DNA of 64,000 nucleotides from positions 4,262 through 68,261 of the forward strand of contig JANRCR010000041.1 in NCBI GenBank assembly GCA_030726915.1, given 5' to 3'. Below are positions 9,824-18,199 of this stretch, piece by piece; the stretch's first letter is position 1, and every line of letters starts with the position of its first letter. The position numbers and the translations under genes were made by a program. The notes under the pieces are model-generated. The model was not told the origin of the DNA and ran no database searches. It was given only the letters and a program-made list of their open reading frames with translations. The DNA is from Candidatus Nanopelagicales bacterium (lineage in GTDB: Bacteria > Actinomycetota > Actinomycetes > S36-B12).

Positions 9824-10297
9824 ATGTCCATGGCCGCTGGGTGGTACGACGATCCCTTCACCGATCACCTCCAGCGCTATTGGACCGGTGATTCCTGGAC
9901 CCGGGAGACGCGCCAGCGGACCGACGTAGCCCCACCGATGCCCCTGTCCGGGCCACCCGGATCATCCGCGGTGTCCGGCCCCATCGCGCCGCCGGTGCCC
10001 GGTGCAGCCACCAGTGGGCAGCCTGTGGTGCGGGACTGGCTCATCCCGTCGGTCCTGTCGATCATCTTCTGCGCCTGGCCCCTGAGCATCCCCGCGCTGG
10101 TCTTCGCCATCAAGTCCAACAGCGCCAAGAAGCAGGGCGACATGGCGGCGGCGGCCCGGCTGTCCGACCGAGCACGACTCTTCGTCCTGCTTTCGGTCGC
10201 CCTGGGGCTCGTCGTATGGATCTATCTGGCCTTCGTCATCATGACAACGGAGATCCCTGTCGATCCGGGCACTCCGGTCACACCCTTTGGCGCCTGA
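9824..10297 (+). CDS. DUF2510 + CD225/dispanin-family small membrane protein
   Basis: N-terminal GWYDDPF...RYWTGDSWT (DUF2510-like). C-terminal two-TM CD225-like region (CAWPLSIPALVFAIKSNSAKKQGD). Confidence 0.75.
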   Translation: MSMAAGWYDDPFTDHLQRYWTGDSWTRETRQRTDVAPPMPLSGPPGSSAVSGPIAPPVPGAATSGQPVVRDWLIPSVLSIIFCAWPLSIPALVFAIKSNSAKKQGDMAAAARLSDRARLFVLLSVALGLVVWIYLAFVIMTTEIPVDPGTPVTPFGA

Positions 10298-11821
10298 CTA
10301 GCCGCAAAGCGACTTGATCAGCGGCACAGGATCGTTGTAGCCGCCGGACCAGCCGTTGGGCCGCACCTCGAGGTGCAGATGGACCGCTCCGGGGGAACCG
10401 GTGTCACCCATGTATCCGATCAGTTGACCGGCCTTGATCGATGCGCCGTAGCCCACAAGAATCTTGTCGAAGTGGCCGTAGAAATACATTCCGCGCGAGC
10501 CGGTGATATCGAGGATGAGTGACCCGTTGCTCTGGTAGCCCGAGCGCGTGACCGTGCCGGAGTCGATCGCGTAGATCGGCTCGCCGCGGCTGCCCATGAG
10601 GTCCAGGCCGGCATGCGTGCGACCACCGGGGCGCGGAGCCCCAAGCCCGTCGCCGTAGTAGAAGTCCTTCACGGGGCAGAACAGACCGTCGCGGCCCTGG
10701 CTCGTCGAACCGCCAGAGTTACCGCCGCCCGAGTTACCGCCGCCCGAGTTGCCCCCACCGGAGTTACCGCCACCGCCGGAGTTGCCCGTCGACACTCCGG
10801 GGCCAAAAACCGTGCCGTAGGTGGCGTGCGCCTGCGCCGCCCGGCCCGCGATCTCCCGACCAAGCGCACCCCAGGTGTACGTCGCGATGACGCCGGTCGT
10901 GGGGATGCCATTGTCGGATTGGAATTGCCGCACAGCCTTGGCTGTCAGCGGACCGAAGTAGCCGGTGGCGGGCTTGACGCCGAGACTGCGCTGCACGACG
11001 GCAACGGACTCACCGCTATCGGTTTCTTCGAGCACAGGTACGTCGCCCGCGCGGGCAGACCGACTGGCTGTCTTGGGCGCTGGGGTTTCCTGGATCTCGG
11101 CGGGCTCACCGTCGACAAAGCCGTCGGGGGTGTCTGATACCGCCAATGCCGACTCCACGGTGTCTGCTCCGAGAGCGGACCAGGTGAAGGTGGCGATCTG
11201 GCCGGTTGTCGGCAGCCCCAACTCCTGCTGGTATTCCGTGACAGCGGCCTTGGTTTTGGGTCCGAAGTAGCCGGTCGGCTCGACCTCGAGGGCTCGCTGG
11301 GCGACCTCGATAACAGACCCGTAGTCACCCTCTGAGATCACGGGGAGGCTCGCTGCGGGAAGTTCCGCACCAGCGGTGGACGCCGTCGCTGCCGATGAGG
11401 ACTGGTCGCGCGCTGCCTGCTTCGTCTGTGGTGCTGTGGGGGCGTCGGACTCAGCCTCTAACTCGGACCCGGCCCCTTGGGAATCACGTGCCGGGACCGC
11501 CGTGGCAGGCGGCTCATCCGAGACGGCGGGAGCCCCTCCCGTGCCCGTGGCGAGGGCCTGGCGGAGTTGATCTTCGACCTCGACGTCGGCGGCGGACGGT
11601 GATGGCGTCGGCGACGGCAGCGCCGCCACGGGTGCGACATCGGCCGCCGGACGCACGAGGGTTATGGCGCCGGCCGTGGCGATCAGCGCGAGGACCGTCA
11701 CGGTCACCGAGAGCCGCTGGACGCGGCTGCGGCTGCGCTGAGCCCGCTCCTGACGCTCCCGACGGGCAGCGCGGCGGTTCTCCAGGTCTACTCGGTCAGG
11801 CACATCACTCCACATAAGCAT
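10298..11821 (-). CDS. Secreted M23 metallopeptidase with two peptidoglycan-binding (PG_binding_1) repeats
   Basis: 507 aa. One TM/signal anchor, two repeats (QRALEV.PTGYFGPKTKAAV.EYQ...GLPTTG), a Gly/Asn/Ser linker and an M23 catalytic core (HAGLDL ... GDTGSPGAVHLHLEV). Confidence 0.88.
   Translation of the reverse strand: MLMWSDVPDRVDLENRRAARRERQERAQRSRSRVQRLSVTVTVLALIATAGAITLVRPAADVAPVAALPSPTPSPSAADVEVEDQLRQALATGTGGAPAVSDEPPATAVPARDSQGAGSELEAESDAPTAPQTKQAARDQSSSAATASTAGAELPAASLPVISEGDYGSVIEVAQRALEVEPTGYFGPKTKAAVTEYQQELGLPTTGQIATFTWSALGADTVESALAVSDTPDGFVDGEPAEIQETPAPKTASRSARAGDVPVLEETDSGESVAVVQRSLGVKPATGYFGPLTAKAVRQFQSDNGIPTTGVIATYTWGALGREIAGRAAQAHATYGTVFGPGVSTGNSGGGGNSGGGNSGGGNSGGGNSGGSTSQGRDGLFCPVKDFYYGDGLGAPRPGGRTHAGLDLMGSRGEPIYAIDSGTVTRSGYQSNGSLILDITGSRGMYFYGHFDKILVGYGASIKAGQLIGYMGDTGSPGAVHLHLEVRPNGWSGGYNDPVPLIKSLCG
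10709..10787 (-). repeat. 15-nt tandem repeat (about 5 units) encoding (GGGNS)n linker inside the M23 gene
   Basis: Plus strand shows near-identical units ...ccgccgcccgagtta / ccgccgcccgagttg / cccccaccggagtta... The protein reads GNSGGGGNSGGGNSGGGNSGGGNSGGS. Confidence 0.8.
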
Positions 11822-12084
11822 GGGAACATAACAGGAAGGTCACGGAAACGTCACATCCGTCCCATGCGTATCGCGCCTCCTTGACATCGGCGTGTCAGGA
11901 GTTTTCCCCTAAGGGCTGTCCGGTTGCCGGGCGTGGCGCGGTGATGCAGGTCACACACCCAGGTGCTGGCCGAGATCCTCAACATCGAGCCCATTACCCA
12001 TCTCCCGGGCTGGTAGCGCCGGGTCTCGGACGCCGTCTGAAACTCACCCCACGGGATGAGAATGCACCTACTGGAGGACCTCTG

Positions 12085-12216
12085 ATGCTGGGACGATCCC
12101 TGCGCACCATCGCCATTGCCTTCGCGGCCACCGCCCTTGTCACGGTGGATGTTGAGACACCGGGCAACGTGGGTGAGTCAATCGGGGACCTCGGTGGCTG
12201 TTACATCCTGGCGTAG
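12085..12216 (+). CDS. Hypothetical 43-aa peptide with signal-like N-terminus (speculative)
   Basis: ATG at 12085 lies 7 nt after GGAGGA. MLGRSLRTIAIAFAATALVTVDVETPGNVGESIGDLGGCYILA. Third-position G+C is moderately high. No family recognised, and it competes with a leader-RNA interpretation of the same region. Confidence 0.3.
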   Translation: MLGRSLRTIAIAFAATALVTVDVETPGNVGESIGDLGGCYILA

Positions 12217-12294
12217 GCCATGTGCTGTGTGCCCCTATAAGACACCGTGGATGGGCCCCGTCCAGCGGGGTAGGCCGTCACACATCGTGAACAT

Positions 12295-12330
12295 GCAGAT
12301 GGGGACACCCTGAGGGGTGTCCCCATCTGC
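12295..12330 (-). terminator. 16-bp perfect stem-loop immediately 3' of tRNA-Ser(CGA)
   Basis: gcagatggggacaccc-tgag-gggtgtccccatctgc. It abuts the encoded CCA end of the tRNA. Confidence 0.7.
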
Positions 12331-12331
12331 A

Positions 12332-12421
12332 TGGCGGTGGCGGTGGGATTTGAACCCACGGTGAAGTTACCCCCACACACGCTTTCGAGGCGTGCTCCTT
12401 TGGCCGCTCGGACACGCCACC
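12332..12421 (-). tRNA. tRNA-Ser (anticodon CGA), CCA encoded
   Basis: Acceptor GGTGGCG/CGCCACC, anticodon stem CACGC/GCGTG with loop CTCGAAA, long variable arm, T-loop GGTTCAAATCC, then G-CCA. Confidence 0.9.
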
Positions 12422-12463
12422 GCCGACGAGGGTACACACCCCGGTCAGCAGCGCCGCCACCAC

Positions 12464-12512
12464 GTTCTTCGGGAATTCCAGTCAGGTTTCCTGACTGGAA
12501 TTCCCGAAGAAC
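12464..12512 (-). terminator. 23-bp perfect inverted repeat (3-nt loop) downstream of tadA
   Basis: gttcttcgggaattccagtcagg-ttt-cctgactggaattcccgaagaac. Located between the tadA stop (12536) and the tRNA-Ser 5' end (12421). Confidence 0.75.
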
Positions 12513-12535
12513 GGCAGGAGCAGCGGGGGCAGGCC

Positions 12536-13003
12536 TCAGCGATGCTGGGCGAAGAACTCCCGCACGAGGTCACCGCACTCCTCGGCAAGCACGCCACCGA
12601 CCACCTCGGGGCGATGATTGAGCCTTCGATCACGGAGCAGATCCCAGGCTGAGCCGGCAGCGCCGTAGTCGTCACTCCAGGCACCGAAGACCACCCGATC
12701 GACCCTGGCCCACTGAGCCGCACCCGCACACATGGGGCAGGGCTCCAACGTGACGATGAGGGAGCAGCCCGTCAGTCGAATATCTCCGCGGGCCAGCGCC
12801 GCGGCACGCAGAACGACGATCTCCGCATGAGCGGTGGGGTCGGTCAGCGCCTCGCATCTATTGGCTGACTCGGCGAGGATCTCCCCGTCAGGCCCGAGGA
12901 CGACCGCGCCAACGGGCACATCCTCACCACCCTCCAGCAGCGACTGCCGCGCGAGTTCGAGGGCACGGCGCATCGCCGCGAGATCCGCGACGTCAACGTG
13001 CAT
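12536..13003 (-). CDS. tadA: tRNA adenosine(34) deaminase
   Basis: 155 aa. CDA zinc motifs HAEIVVLR and LEPCPMCAGA. Typical tadA/tRNA-Ser neighbourhood. Confidence 0.92.
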   Translation of the reverse strand: MHVDVADLAAMRRALELARQSLLEGGEDVPVGAVVLGPDGEILAESANRCEALTDPTAHAEIVVLRAAALARGDIRLTGCSLIVTLEPCPMCAGAAQWARVDRVVFGAWSDDYGAAGSAWDLLRDRRLNHRPEVVGGVLAEECGDLVREFFAQHR

Positions 13004-13007
13004 GGGA

Positions 13008-13493
13008 TCAGGGACGCTCGAGGGCAGCCGTCAACTGAGCGTCAAAGCCCAGTCTCGAGGCGATAGCCATGACCTGCTCGTCCGGATAGAGCTCGGGGTC
13101 ATCAAGGAGCAACTCCAACTCATTCACCGGCATGCCCAGATCGGCCGCGAAGGAGATGTCACCCACGGGCTCAACCTCGTCAAGATCCTCGTCATCATCC
13201 GGGAGGTCCAACTCCAAGACATCGACGGCCTGTGCGGCGAGGGGGTACTCCAGGGCAGCGCCGATATCCGACAACAGCAGACGCGCCGCCCCATCGGGCA
13301 TCATGCGTACGCCGAGGAAGAATTCCTCATCGACGACGAGGAAGCCCAAGGCACCGCCCTCGGCGACAAGTTGACGAAGGGCACCGAGAAAGGAGTCGAG
13401 GGAGTCGGTGGACCGAGGCGGTAGCGCGGCCACAGACCAGCGGCCTTCCTCGCGCCAGGCCGCGACGGCGTACTCAACGTCGTCCGTGTCCAT
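13008..13493 (-). CDS. tRNA adenosine deaminase-associated protein (actinobacterial conserved acidic protein)
   Basis: Start chosen at [24 protein letters not shown] (ATG 13493). Very acidic C-terminal half. Sits immediately upstream of tadA, as in other actinobacteria. Confidence 0.65.
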   Translation of the reverse strand: MDTDDVEYAVAAWREEGRWSVAALPPRSTDSLDSFLGALRQLVAEGGALGFLVVDEEFFLGVRMMPDGAARLLLSDIGAALEYPLAAQAVDVLELDLPDDDEDLDEVEPVGDISFAADLGMPVNELELLLDDPELYPDEQVMAIASRLGFDAQLTAALERP

Positions 13494-13590
13494 GGCCGGC
13501 CGCCCTCCTGCGCCCCGAGCGGACGCTATCTGCATGGTTGCACGCGCAACCCCCTCCGCGGGAGACCTTGCCCCCGATACGCTGCCGCGC

Positions 13591-14229
13591 GTGCGAACAA
13601 TTGTCGTCCAGCACCCACTCGTCGACCATAAGTTGACCACCCTGCGCGATGAGACCACTGACTCCGCGACCTTCCGACTCCTCGTGGAGGAACTCGTCAC
13701 CCTGCTCGCCTATGAGGCAACACAGCAGTTGCGGACGACATCGGTGACGATCACCACGCCGGTCGCACAGACCACGGGGGTGCACCTGTCGTGGCCACGT
13801 CCACTCATCGTGCCCATCTTGCGGGCGGGACTCGGCATGCTTGAGGGAATGATGCGTCTGCTGCCCACTGCCGAGGTCGGCTTCCTCGGCATGGTGCGCG
13901 ACGACGACTCCCTCATTGCCTCGACGTACGCCGACCGAATCCCCCACGATCTGGATAGTCGGCAGGTCTTTGTCCTGGACCCGATGCTGGCCACCGGAGG
14001 CACGCTCGTCACCGCCATCGATCTGCTGCTCGCCCGCGGGGCCAGCGATGTCACCGCGATCGTCCTACTGGCGGCACCCGAGGGTCTGCAGCACGTGGAG
14101 GAGGCGTACACCGACAAGCCGGTCGACGTCACCATCGTCACAGCCGGGCTCGACCTGCGGCTCAACGAGGTGGGCTACATCGTGCCGGGACTTGGCGATG
14201 CTGGCGATCGTCTGTACGGCGTCGTCTAA
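13591..14229 (+). CDS. upp: Uracil phosphoribosyltransferase
   Basis: GTG at 13591 gives a 212-aa product. [24 protein letters not shown] motif [11 protein letters not shown], and [15 protein letters not shown]. Confidence 0.92.
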   Translation: MRTIVVQHPLVDHKLTTLRDETTDSATFRLLVEELVTLLAYEATQQLRTTSVTITTPVAQTTGVHLSWPRPLIVPILRAGLGMLEGMMRLLPTAEVGFLGMVRDDDSLIASTYADRIPHDLDSRQVFVLDPMLATGGTLVTAIDLLLARGASDVTAIVLLAAPEGLQHVEEAYTDKPVDVTIVTAGLDLRLNEVGYIVPGLGDAGDRLYGVV

Positions 14230-14259
14230 ACCAGCGTCCGGCAACGACGCAGCTGCCAA

Positions 14260-15639
14260 CTACATAGTCTTCAGCGACGACACGACCTTGGTGAGGGAGT
14301 CCTTCGCGTCACCGAAGAGCATCGTTGTCTTGGGGTCGTAGAGCAACTCGTTTTCGATCCCGGCGAAGCCAGGGCGCATGGACCGCTTGAGGAACACCAC
14401 CTGTTGGGCCTGGTCCACGTCGAGGATTGGCATGCCGTAGATCGGCGCAGACTTATCGGTGCGGGCAGCCGGATTGACAACATCATTGGCACCGACCACG
14501 AGGACCACGTCCGTGGAGGAGAATTCGGGATTAATCTCCTCCATCTCCTTGAGTTGCTCATAGGGCACGGATGCCTCGGCCAGAAGCACATTCATATGTC
14601 CCGGCATGCGACCCGCCACCGGATGGATCGCGTAGTCGACCTCGATGCCGCGGGCGGTGAGGAGGTCGGCCAATTCGCGCAGGGTTGACTGGGCCTGAGC
14701 GACCGCGAGTCCGTATCCCGGAACGAGGATGACCTTGTTGGCATAGCCGAGCATGATGGCAATGTCGCCGGGTCCGCCCGACCGCACCGGTCGCTCCTCA
14801 CCTGTGGCTGAACCGCCCTGCGTGGTCCCCGAGAAGGCACCGAAGAGTGTCGACGTGAGCGGGCGTCCCATGGCCTTGGCCATGAGGGAGGTGAGGAGGG
14901 TGCCGGACGCACCGACGAGTGTGCCCGCGATGAGCAGCAGGACGTTGTCGAGCACGTAGCCGGACGCTGCCACGGCGAGGCCGGTGCAGGCATTGAGAAG
15001 CGAGATGACGATGGGGACGTCCGCGCCACCCACGGGCAGGACAAAGAGAACACCAAAGGCCAGTGCCAGCACCGACAGCAGCAGCACAACCCACATCTGC
15101 GGGTCGACGAAGAGCCACACTGCGCTGGCGATCGTCCCGAGCGCCACGAGGATGGTGATCCACTTCCCCGCGGGAAGGACCACCGGACGCGTGGTCATGA
15201 TTTCCTGCAACTTCAGGTAGGTGACGATTGATCCGCTGAAGGCAACGGAGCCGATGATGATCGTCACCACGGTGAAGAGCGAGAAGAGCGCACTTCCTTC
15301 ACCACCGAGGTGTAGGTATTCCACGACGGCGACAAGTCCAGCGGCTCCACCACCCACGCCATTGAAGAGCGCGACGAGCTGCGGCATCGCCGTCATTTTG
15401 ACGCGGCGAGCCGAGAACCAACCCACGAGTGACCCCGCCAGGATCGCGCCGATGATGAGGGCAAAATTGTTGAGCTCGATGCCGGTGAAGAAGAGCACCA
15501 CGGTGGCGATGAGGGCACCGAGAGCCCCGAGTCCGGTGCCGAGGCGGGCTGTCTTGGGCGATGAGAGTCCCTTCAGGGACAGGATGAAGAGAACGGCGAC
15601 CGCGAGGTTGACCAGTTGCGCCCAGGTGGGGGTGTTCAC
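14260..15639 (-). CDS. pntB: NAD(P) transhydrogenase subunit beta
   Basis: 459 aa. N-terminal multi-TM region plus dIII domain (GYGLAVAQAQ, HPVAGRMPGHMNVLLAEA). Confidence 0.93.
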   Translation of the reverse strand: MNTPTWAQLVNLAVAVLFILSLKGLSSPKTARLGTGLGALGALIATVVLFFTGIELNNFALIIGAILAGSLVGWFSARRVKMTAMPQLVALFNGVGGGAAGLVAVVEYLHLGGEGSALFSLFTVVTIIIGSVAFSGSIVTYLKLQEIMTTRPVVLPAGKWITILVALGTIASAVWLFVDPQMWVVLLLSVLALAFGVLFVLPVGGADVPIVISLLNACTGLAVAASGYVLDNVLLLIAGTLVGASGTLLTSLMAKAMGRPLTSTLFGAFSGTTQGGSATGEERPVRSGGPGDIAIMLGYANKVILVPGYGLAVAQAQSTLRELADLLTARGIEVDYAIHPVAGRMPGHMNVLLAEASVPYEQLKEMEEINPEFSSTDVVLVVGANDVVNPAARTDKSAPIYGMPILDVDQAQQVVFLKRSMRPGFAGIENELLYDPKTTMLFGDAKDSLTKVVSSLKTM

Positions 15640-15944
15640 CGGCTTCCCCCCTCGACGTCATCAGCAGATTTGCGTGGTTTGAACATCTCCAGCATGCGAT
15701 CAGTGACGACAAAGCCGCCCACCAGATTGACCGCCCCGAGGAAGACAGCCAGGGTGGCCAGGACGATCTCCAGTGCCCCATCCGCGCTGCCCAGGACGAT
15801 GATGCCGCCGATAAGGACGATGCCGTGGATCGCATTGGCACCGGACATGAGGGGCGTGTGCAAAATCGTGGAGACCTTTGCGACGACCTCATAGCCGACA
15901 AAAATGCTCAGGACGAAGATGGTGAGCAGTGCTACACCGTCCAT
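15636..15944 (-). CDS. pntAB: NAD(P) transhydrogenase subunit alpha part 2 (membrane)
   Basis: 102 aa. HTPLMSGANAIHGIVLIGG motif. 4-nt overlap with pntB. Confidence 0.9.
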   Translation of the reverse strand: MDGVALLTIFVLSIFVGYEVVAKVSTILHTPLMSGANAIHGIVLIGGIIVLGSADGALEIVLATLAVFLGAVNLVGGFVVTDRMLEMFKPRKSADDVEGGSR

Positions 15945-15946
15945 GA

Positions 15947-17086
15947 TCAGGAACCTCCCTGGAGCGCGGCCTGGGCCACGTCATTGCAGACATCACCATT
16001 GAGGACGACGGCGCTCCCCGCGATGATCTCGTCACTGGCATCGACAACGACGTTGCCATCCTGGGCGACGAGAGTGAGCAGTGAGTAGACATTCATGGAG
16101 TACAACTGGGATGCGTGCACCGGCATCTCACTCGGCACGTCTTTGGCACCCCACACCAAGACTTCTCCGACGAGGATCTCCTCACCCGGACGCGAGCCTT
16201 CGACGTTGCCACCCGTCTCACTGGCCAGGTCAACGACGACCGATCCGGGGCGCATCCCCTCGACCATCTGGCGTGTCACGAGCAGGGGAGCCTGCCGGCC
16301 CGGAAGCGCCGCTGTTGTGATGAGCACATCGGACTCAGCAATGTGCGGCGAGAGGAGTTCGCGTTGACGCTGCGCGCGATCCTCCGTCATTTCGCGTGCA
16401 TATCCACCCGCACCCTCAAGGGCATCCAGGTCAAGGGTGATGAAGGTCGCTCCCATCGAGCGGACTTCATCAGCACTGGCCGCGCGTACGTCGTAGGCCG
16501 AAACACGCGCACCAAGTCGTTTAGCCGTCGCGATGGCCTGCAGACCGGCGACTCCGGCGCCCAGGACCAGGACCCGCGCCGGCTGGATCGTGCCCGCAGC
16601 GGTCATAAAGAGAGGGAAAAACTTCGGCAGACGGTCGGCCGCGACGAGCGATGCGCGGTAGCCGGTGACGAGGGCCTGGGACGTAAGCGCATCCATGGAC
16701 TGCGCACGCGAGATGCGCGGCACCAGATCGAAGGACAATCCGGTCGCACCCGCATCTTGCAGGCCCCGCACGGTGTCGATGTCGGTCCCGGGCGACAGGA
16801 AGGAAACCGCCACCGCGCCCGGCTTCAACCGCTTGGCTCGGCCGTACTCCAACGGTCGGACCGAGGCGATGACGTCACTGGCGGCCAGAGCATCGTCGAG
16901 GCCCGAGGTGGGGACGACCAGAGCCCCGGCGGCGGAATAGTCGCCATCCGACGCGAAGGCGAGATCACCGGCCCCCGACTCAACGAGGACCTCAAAACCC
17001 AGTTGTTTGAACTTGCCCACGACGGAGGGCACAACAGCCACCCGCCGCTCACCCGGGCGTGTCTCCCGGGGCACCAGCAGCCTCAT
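15947..17086 (-). CDS. pntAA: NAD(P) transhydrogenase subunit alpha part 1 (dI domain)
   Basis: 379 aa. AlaDH/PNT fold with Rossmann motif VLVLGAGVAGLQAIATAKRLGA. Confidence 0.92.
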   Translation of the reverse strand: MRLLVPRETRPGERRVAVVPSVVGKFKQLGFEVLVESGAGDLAFASDGDYSAAGALVVPTSGLDDALAASDVIASVRPLEYGRAKRLKPGAVAVSFLSPGTDIDTVRGLQDAGATGLSFDLVPRISRAQSMDALTSQALVTGYRASLVAADRLPKFFPLFMTAAGTIQPARVLVLGAGVAGLQAIATAKRLGARVSAYDVRAASADEVRSMGATFITLDLDALEGAGGYAREMTEDRAQRQRELLSPHIAESDVLITTAALPGRQAPLLVTRQMVEGMRPGSVVVDLASETGGNVEGSRPGEEILVGEVLVWGAKDVPSEMPVHASQLYSMNVYSLLTLVAQDGNVVVDASDEIIAGSAVVLNGDVCNDVAQAALQGGS

Positions 17087-17157
17087 CTCATACCTCCGCG
17101 GAGCAGCCTAGGGCTATCTCGGATATTCGCGCTGCAGGCTAGGGCTAGCGTGGGCAT

Positions 17158-18159
17158 ATGCGCGGACCTATTGCCTTCATTCGCGGGACACGGCATCCCG
17201 AGGGGTTCCATGGCCATGGTGTTCGGCGGGGCTACTTCGAGGGCTGGTACGTCAAACTCGTCGATGCCCGGCAGGAGGCGCGCCGGGCGCTCATCCCCGG
17301 TGTTTTCCGCGGTCGTGATGGGGCCGATGTCACCGATGAGGCTTTCGTCCAGGTGCTTGATGGGGCGACCGGGCGATCCTGGTACCACCGCTACGATGCC
17401 TCGGAATTCGACGCCCGAGCCGATTGCTTTGACGTCACCGTGGGCCCCAATCGATTTACGGCCGAGGGCATCTCCATTGACCTTCCCGGATTGAGCGGGC
17501 GCGTGAACTTCACGACGGAGTTTGATCCCTGGCCCAACACCTGGCGGCGTCCAGGGATCATGGGGCCCTACTCCTGGGTGCCCCTCATGGAGTGCTATCA
17601 CGGCATCGTGTCCTTCGGCCACGGACTCGACGGTGCCCTCGATGCCGCGGGCGAGATCTCGGACTTCACCGGAGGTCGCGGCTACATCGAAAAGGACTGG
17701 GGGCGTGCCTTTCCCGCCGGCTACGTGTGGATGCACTCCAACCACCTTGCCGGTGCGCCCGAGGCCTCGCTCGTCGCATCCGTCGCCATCATTCCGTGGT
17801 TGCGTTCATCCTTCCGCGGGTTCATCGTCGGCCTGCGACTCGGGCGTCGCCTCCACACCTGGGCGACGTACAACGGATCCCGTGAGCGCTCACTCGAGAT
17901 CGACGAGACGCATGTGCGATGGAGCCTGGAGGGCCCCTCAGGTGTCCTTGAGTTGGCGGCCGAGCGCGTGCGAGGTGGGCTCCTGCACGCTCCTATCCGG
18001 ACGCGCATGCACGAGCGGGTCGAGGAGACTTTGGACGCCACCGTGCACGTGCGCCTGATCGACCCATCCGGTCAGGTGGTGCTGGACACGCAGGGCACGT
18101 CAGCCGGGCTGGAGGTGCACGGGGACCTCGACCGGCTACTCGCTGTTGGGACGCGCTAG
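17158..18159 (+). CDS. Tocopherol cyclase (VTE1/slr1737)-like family protein
   Basis: HPEGFHGHGVRRGYFEGWYVKL and YIEKDWGRAFPAGYVWMHSN resemble the FEGWYF... and EKNWG..FP..W.W motifs of tocopherol cyclases as I remember them. Confidence 0.65.
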   Translation: MRGPIAFIRGTRHPEGFHGHGVRRGYFEGWYVKLVDARQEARRALIPGVFRGRDGADVTDEAFVQVLDGATGRSWYHRYDASEFDARADCFDVTVGPNRFTAEGISIDLPGLSGRVNFTTEFDPWPNTWRRPGIMGPYSWVPLMECYHGIVSFGHGLDGALDAAGEISDFTGGRGYIEKDWGRAFPAGYVWMHSNHLAGAPEASLVASVAIIPWLRSSFRGFIVGLRLGRRLHTWATYNGSRERSLEIDETHVRWSLEGPSGVLELAAERVRGGLLHAPIRTRMHERVEETLDATVHVRLIDPSGQVVLDTQGTSAGLEVHGDLDRLLAVGTR

Positions 18160-18199
18160 ACCCAGCGGGCTGATCATGCGGGCCGCGGTCCTGCTGACG

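Noticed and set aside
10700-10800. Possible CRISPR-like or other non-coding repeat array
   Set aside because: The repeats are 15-nt, in-frame and contiguous without spacers, inside an M23 ORF. No CRISPR arrays or cas genes are seen anywhere in the window.
16115-17494. 459-aa plus-strand ORF
   Set aside because: Antisense shadow of pntAA that runs across an intergenic region. Arg/Gly-rich, no domain.
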